Both the position numbers and the translations under genes were made by a program. Below the pieces are notes generated by a model. It was not told the origin of the DNA. It saw nothing but the letters and a program-made list of their open reading frames with translations, and ran no database searches. A DNA stretch of 64,000 bases from an uncultured Acidobacteriota bacterium (lineage in GTDB: Bacteria; Acidobacteriota; UBA6911), in NCBI GenBank assembly GCA_963843575.1, contig CAWJKZ010000024.1:384001-448000 (forward strand), in the 5' to 3' direction. Shown here piece after piece: positions 59,390 to 64,000 of the stretch (the first letter of the stretch is position 1; each line of letters opens with the position of its first letter).

Positions 59390-60307
59390 ATGCCGGAATT
59401 GCCCGATATAACCGTCTATATCGAGTCACTGCAGTGCCGGATTGACGGTGATCGCCTGGAAGGATTTCGCCTGTCGAGCCCTTTCCTGGTGCGGACATTC
59501 GATCCCCCGATGGCATCGCTCGTCGGGCGCCGCACGGTAGGGATCCGGAGGATCGGCAAGCGGATCGTTTTCTGCTTCGAAGGCTCCCACTTTGTTGTGC
59601 TTCACCTGATGATCGCCGGCCGGCTCCACTGGAAAAAGTGCGGCGCCCGCCTGCCGGGGAGAGTCGGCCTGTGCGCATTCGACTTTTCCAGGGGCACCCT
59701 GATTCTCACTGAATCCGGCACGAAGAGGAGGGCATCCCTGCATCTCGTCCGAGGGGAATCCGATCTCGAGGCATTCGATCCGGGCGGCCTGGAGGTGCTC
59801 GATTCTGATTTCCTTTCCTTTGAAAAAGTCTTGAAGAGCAGCACGCACACGCTCAAACGCGCCCTGACGGATCCGCACCTGTTCAGCGGGATCGGCAATG
59901 CCTATTCCGATGAGATCCTGCACGCGGCGCGGCTTTCGCCGTTGCGGCTGACCACCCGGTTGTCGCTGGAAGAGGCGCAGCGCCTGCACGCGGCGACGCG
60001 CGAGGTTCTCGTCTCCTGGACCGAACGACTGCGGTCGGAATTGGGCGGGGATTTCCCGGAAAAAGTGACAGCCTTCCGCGAAGGGATGGCAGTGCACGGC
60101 AGGTACCGGCAGCCCTGCATGCTGTGCAACACGAAGATCCAGAGGATCGCCTACGCCGATAACGAAACCGACTACTGCCCCAGTTGTCAGACCGGCGGGA
60201 CGCTCCTGGCAGACCGGGGCATTTCCCGTTTGCTTCGCTCAGACTGGCCCCGCAGCCTCGAGGAGCTGGAAATGCACATGGATCGCCGTAGGGTGAAGGA
60301 GAAGTAA
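59390..60307 (+). CDS. Fpg/Nei-family DNA glycosylase
   Basis: MPELPD N-terminus, HLMIAG, SGIGNAYSDEIL H2TH, CxxC...YCPSCQ Zn finger. Confidence 0.93.
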   Translation: MPELPDITVYIESLQCRIDGDRLEGFRLSSPFLVRTFDPPMASLVGRRTVGIRRIGKRIVFCFEGSHFVVLHLMIAGRLHWKKCGARLPGRVGLCAFDFSRGTLILTESGTKRRASLHLVRGESDLEAFDPGGLEVLDSDFLSFEKVLKSSTHTLKRALTDPHLFSGIGNAYSDEILHAARLSPLRLTTRLSLEEAQRLHAATREVLVSWTERLRSELGGDFPEKVTAFREGMAVHGRYRQPCMLCNTKIQRIAYADNETDYCPSCQTGGTLLADRGISRLLRSDWPRSLEELEMHMDRRRVKEK

Positions 60308-60328
60308 GCGAATTAGGGGAGCCAATGA

Positions 60329-60838
60329 ATGACTGAGCTCAAAACGGTCATGGACCTGTTCAGACACATGGAATGGGCGGATGCCGTCGTCTGGAGTGCC
60401 GCGCTTGCCTCCGGCGATTCCCGGTCCGATGAGAAATTACGGGCGAAGCTTCACCATCTTCATCTCGTGCAGCACGCGTTCCTGCGCGTCTGGCGCAACG
60501 AGCCGCTCGAAACGCCCTTCCCTGAGTTCAAGGATCTGACCTCTTTAGTCCTCTGGGTGCGCCACTACTACGCGGAGTTGTTCCCGTATATCGAGAGCCT
60601 GAGCGTCGAAAGGTTGTCCGCGCCGATGCCGATGCCCTGGGCGGGGCGGGTGGTGAAACGCCTCGGCCGTTCCCCGGGGATCACAACGGTTGGGGAAACC
60701 ATCCTACAGGTGGCCCTCCACAGCCAATATCACCGTGGGCAGGTCAACGCCCAGATCCGCACGATCGGCGCCGAACCTCCGCTGGTGGATTACATCGCCT
60801 GGATATGGTTGGGGCGTCCGGCAGCTTCCTGGCCGTAG
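60329..60838 (+). CDS. DinB family protein
   Basis: HMEWAD, HHLHLVQ, HSQYHRGQ, PPLVDY. Confidence 0.88.
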   Translation: MTELKTVMDLFRHMEWADAVVWSAALASGDSRSDEKLRAKLHHLHLVQHAFLRVWRNEPLETPFPEFKDLTSLVLWVRHYYAELFPYIESLSVERLSAPMPMPWAGRVVKRLGRSPGITTVGETILQVALHSQYHRGQVNAQIRTIGAEPPLVDYIAWIWLGRPAASWP

Positions 60839-60945
60839 GATCGGGCAACAGACTGTCCCGCTCGTGCTATCTGATTGCGCCGGAACCGGCGCCGTCTCGG
60901 GCCGGCGCGACTGCGAGCATGCCGACCCGGAAGCGTCTATCTTAA

Positions 60946-63054
60946 TCAACGGCGAACCCCGGCACGGTTACCGGTCTCGGGGTCGAAGACGGCGTTGCGC
61001 AGGAAATCCTCGCTGGACCACGGGGGGCCGCCACCACCGAGGTACTGCTGGAACCACTCGAGGTGGGCTGTGTAGTAGAGCGCCATTTCGTACCAGTTCG
61101 GCCAGTGGCCGGCGTTGGCATAGATGATCAGTCTAGAGGGGACGTTCATCTTCTGCAGTGCCGTGAAGAACTGGAGCGACTGGGTGTAGGGGATGCGGTA
61201 ATCCCGTTCGCCGGAGATTACGAGGCAGGGGGTCTTGAAGTTCTTGACGTAATTGTCGGGCGACCACTTTTCGTACAGCCCGGAATTCCAGGGCTGGCCT
61301 TTGAGGTCCCACTCGGGGAACCAGAGTTCCTCGGTTGCCCCGAAGAACGCCTTCAAGTTAAACAGGCCCATCATCGAGGCGAGCGCCTTGAAGCGGGTCG
61401 TGTGCCCCTCGAACCAGTTCATCATGTACCCGCCGTAGGACCAGCCCATCGCGCCCATCCTGTCGCGGTCGACATACGGGAGCTTCTCGAGGGCGTCGGT
61501 CACCTTCATCAGGTCCTCGAACACGCGGCCGCCCCAGTCGCCCGAGATCTGCGCGGTGAACTCCTGGCCGTAGCCGGTGGAGCCGTGCGGGTTTGGGAAA
61601 GCGACGACATATCCGGCGCCCGGGTAGATCTGCCAGTCGCCCCGAAAACCGTCCGTCCACTGCATCTGCGGGCCGCCGTGGACATTCAGGATCAGAGGGT
61701 ATTTTCGGCCCGCCTCGAACCCGTGCGGCTTGACGATGAACACCTGGATCCTGGTGCCGCCGGAGCCTTCAACCCACACCGACTCGGCCGGGCGCACGTC
61801 GACCTCGGCCGAGAGGGCGTCGTTAAAGCCGGTCAGGCGCGCCGGCGCCGAGGCTTTTCCTCCGGCCATCTCTGCCATGTAGAGTTCGACGGGCTCACCG
61901 GTGGAATGCCGGACATAGAGGATCCGGTCGATCCCGGCGGGCGCGAATTGGACTATGGTCTTGTCCCGAAGCACCTCCGAGATGCTCCCGGACGAGACGT
62001 CCAGTCGGTTGACCGTGGTCTGGCCCTCAAGCGGGCCGGAGAAGTAGACGCTCTTCGAATCCGCGGCCCACTCAAACTCCTCAACCCAGTTCTGGAAAGA
62101 CCCGGTGACGACGGAGGAAGATCCCTTCGCCACGTCGTAGAGCGCAAGGCGGAAGAGGTCGGACTCGTAGCCGGGGCTTGTCTGCATGCGGTAGGCGATG
62201 TACCTGCCGTCCGGTGAGTACTTCGGGCTTCCGTCGTAGGCCGGGTTCGACGCGGTTATGTTGCGCGGCAGCGCCGTCGGGTTTCCCAGCGGGATGAGCC
62301 AGAGATCGCCGTTCGTCGACGAAGCGGGATTCTTGTCGTGGTTCGAGACGAACACGAGCGTCGAACCGTCCGGAGAGAAGTCGTACTGGAGTGGCCCCCC
62401 AAGCTGGAACGGGGGCGAGTCGAAATCGCCGGGGGTGAGGTCCCGCACCGCGCCCGTGTCGACGTCGGCCACCAGAATGTGGGTGCGGGTGCCGTCCTTC
62501 CATTCAGTCCAGTGTCGGTAAAGCAGGCTGTTCGCCGTGTGCGCCTTGATCGCCCCTTTGTCCCGGCGCTCGGCGATCTTCTTGTTGCAGCCGTCGTCGG
62601 CGCCGCATTCGGGGTAGACGTCCGAAGAGAACACGATCGATTTCCCGTCCGGCGACCAGATCGGTTCGGAAACACCCGTCGAGACGTGGGTGAGCTGCTT
62701 CGCCTCCCCACCGGCGGCGCGGAGCAGGTAGAGATTCGCGTCGCCATCCCGCGCACTGATGAAGGATATCCACCCGCCGTCGGGCGAGTAGAGCGGGGCG
62801 CTTTCGCCTTTGCCATAGGTCAACTGGCGCGTGGTGCGGCTGCCGAGGTCCATGTGCCAGACGTGGCCGGCGCGCCTGGCGCGCCCCAGGTCGGATATCG
62901 TGACCGTAAAAAGCGCCGACCTTGCGTCGGGCGAGACCGCGACTTCCGAGATCCCCTTAACGCGGTAAAGGTCCTCGATCGTGAATGCCCGTTTCTCCGC
63001 ACAGACCGAACTCACCTGCACCAGCACCCAAATCGCCACCAAACACACTCTCAT
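60946..63054 (-). CDS. S9 family peptidase (prolyl oligopeptidase/acylaminoacyl peptidase)
   Basis: Signal peptide, propeller repeats, VHGGP, GWSYGG, ERDYR, AGHW. Confidence 0.93.
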   Translation of the reverse strand: MRVCLVAIWVLVQVSSVCAEKRAFTIEDLYRVKGISEVAVSPDARSALFTVTISDLGRARRAGHVWHMDLGSRTTRQLTYGKGESAPLYSPDGGWISFISARDGDANLYLLRAAGGEAKQLTHVSTGVSEPIWSPDGKSIVFSSDVYPECGADDGCNKKIAERRDKGAIKAHTANSLLYRHWTEWKDGTRTHILVADVDTGAVRDLTPGDFDSPPFQLGGPLQYDFSPDGSTLVFVSNHDKNPASSTNGDLWLIPLGNPTALPRNITASNPAYDGSPKYSPDGRYIAYRMQTSPGYESDLFRLALYDVAKGSSSVVTGSFQNWVEEFEWAADSKSVYFSGPLEGQTTVNRLDVSSGSISEVLRDKTIVQFAPAGIDRILYVRHSTGEPVELYMAEMAGGKASAPARLTGFNDALSAEVDVRPAESVWVEGSGGTRIQVFIVKPHGFEAGRKYPLILNVHGGPQMQWTDGFRGDWQIYPGAGYVVAFPNPHGSTGYGQEFTAQISGDWGGRVFEDLMKVTDALEKLPYVDRDRMGAMGWSYGGYMMNWFEGHTTRFKALASMMGLFNLKAFFGATEELWFPEWDLKGQPWNSGLYEKWSPDNYVKNFKTPCLVISGERDYRIPYTQSLQFFTALQKMNVPSRLIIYANAGHWPNWYEMALYYTAHLEWFQQYLGGGGPPWSSEDFLRNAVFDPETGNRAGVRR

Positions 63055-63298
63055 AACCACCTCGGATGGGGACGGACCAGAGCTACTCTTTTGATTATAT
63101 AGGGTTATGGGATTTCTTTGCCCAAAAAGGGCCGCCATTTGAGATTTTTTGGGCCGTTTTCTTCAAATAAGGTATTTTCATTATTCGGCATCCACCTATT
63201 TGCAGGTAAAGGGGCCGAAAATCGCAAATATGGGGCTCAATTGGAGCAAAATGCGCCGGAAATGCATGATCCCAAATACTTTACTGAGGTCCGTCCCC

Positions 63299-64000
63299 AT
63301 GAGGAAGATGTCGCTCTGTCTAATAGGTGTGCTGACTATAACGCTCGCGGCGGCTCGCACAGAGGAGTGCACGACGGCCGTGATTACCGGGGCGGCAACT
63401 GCCGATGGCCGGCCCATGCTCTGGAAAAACCGCGACACCGATCAACTCTCGAACAAAGTGATCTTGGTGGACGAGAAGCCTTTCAGGTACCTCGCCGTGG
63501 TGAACGCGGAGGACACTTCGGGCCGGATTGCCTGGGGCGGGCTCAACGCGGCTGGCTTCGCCGTCATCAACTCCGTCGCCTATAACCTGCCGCAGAAACC
63601 GGGCGAGGCCGCCGATCTCGAGGGAATCGTCATGGCCGACGCGTTGCGCAGCTGCGCCACCGCGGACGATTTCGAGAATTTCCTAAGAGGCAATCTCGGT
63701 CCGGCTTTCGGTTGTCGCACCAATTTCTGTGTGATCGACGCCCACGGGGGTGCGGCCATTTTCGAAGTCCACAACAGCGGCTACAAACGGCTCGACGCCT
63801 CTCGAGCGTCCGAGGGCTACCTCGTCAACACCAATTTTTCCCGCAGCGGAACGGCGGATCAGGGTGCAGGTTACATTCGTTTCGATCGGGCGAGCGAGTT
63901 GTTCCGTTCGGCTCCCGCCGGCAAACTCACGCCCGAGTTCGTTCTCCAGACAGCGGCGCGCGACCTCGGGCACCCGCTCCTCAATCACCCGCCGCGGGAG
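63299..64000 (+). CDS. Ntn-hydrolase (C45-like peptidase), 3'-partial
   Basis: Signal peptide followed by CTTAVITGAATADGRPMLWKNRD and GGLNAAGFAVIN; missing from the ORF track because it has no stop in the window. Confidence 0.85.
   Translation, partial: MRKMSLCLIGVLTITLAAARTEECTTAVITGAATADGRPMLWKNRDTDQLSNKVILVDEKPFRYLAVVNAEDTSGRIAWGGLNAAGFAVINSVAYNLPQKPGEAADLEGIVMADALRSCATADDFENFLRGNLGPAFGCRTNFCVIDAHGGAAIFEVHNSGYKRLDASRASEGYLVNTNFSRSGTADQGAGYIRFDRASELFRSAPAGKLTPEFVLQTAARDLGHPLLNHPPRE

Overview
High-GC bacterial chromosome segment. The gene content (Oar-like TonB receptor, Ser/Thr kinase-PD40 fusions, TIGR02999-type ECF sigma) points to Acidobacteriota; this is inference. Section 1 (1-15.2 kb) is core genome: a lexA operon, DUF47, an ADP-ribosylglycohydrolase, glcDEF-nagA-lysA, a GNAT, a hydrolase, a 6S-like ncRNA and tRNA-fMet. 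Section 2 (~15.3-38.9 kb) is a lower-GC, decayed island at tRNA-fMet. It holds a tyrosine integrase, an IS3 element whose orfA is split by a IIC-like group II intron, a SufR-like/ferredoxin/bacilliredoxin module, an internally deleted ECF sigma with its kinase, a metalloprotease-NHL protein and many gene remnants. Section 3 (39-54.5 kb) is a glycan/amino-sugar utilisation locus (TonB receptor, GH109, NagB, GH29). Section 4 (54.6-58.9 kb) is a tight operon of a Ser/Thr kinase-PD40 sensor, a 77-aa peptide and a radical SAM/SPASM enzyme, the best candidate for an undescribed system. Section 5 holds Fpg/Nei, DinB, an S9 peptidase and a C45-like hydrolase. Many single-base frameshifts suggest assembly indels, so pseudogene calls are tentative. 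All family calls come from motif recognition, not database searches.
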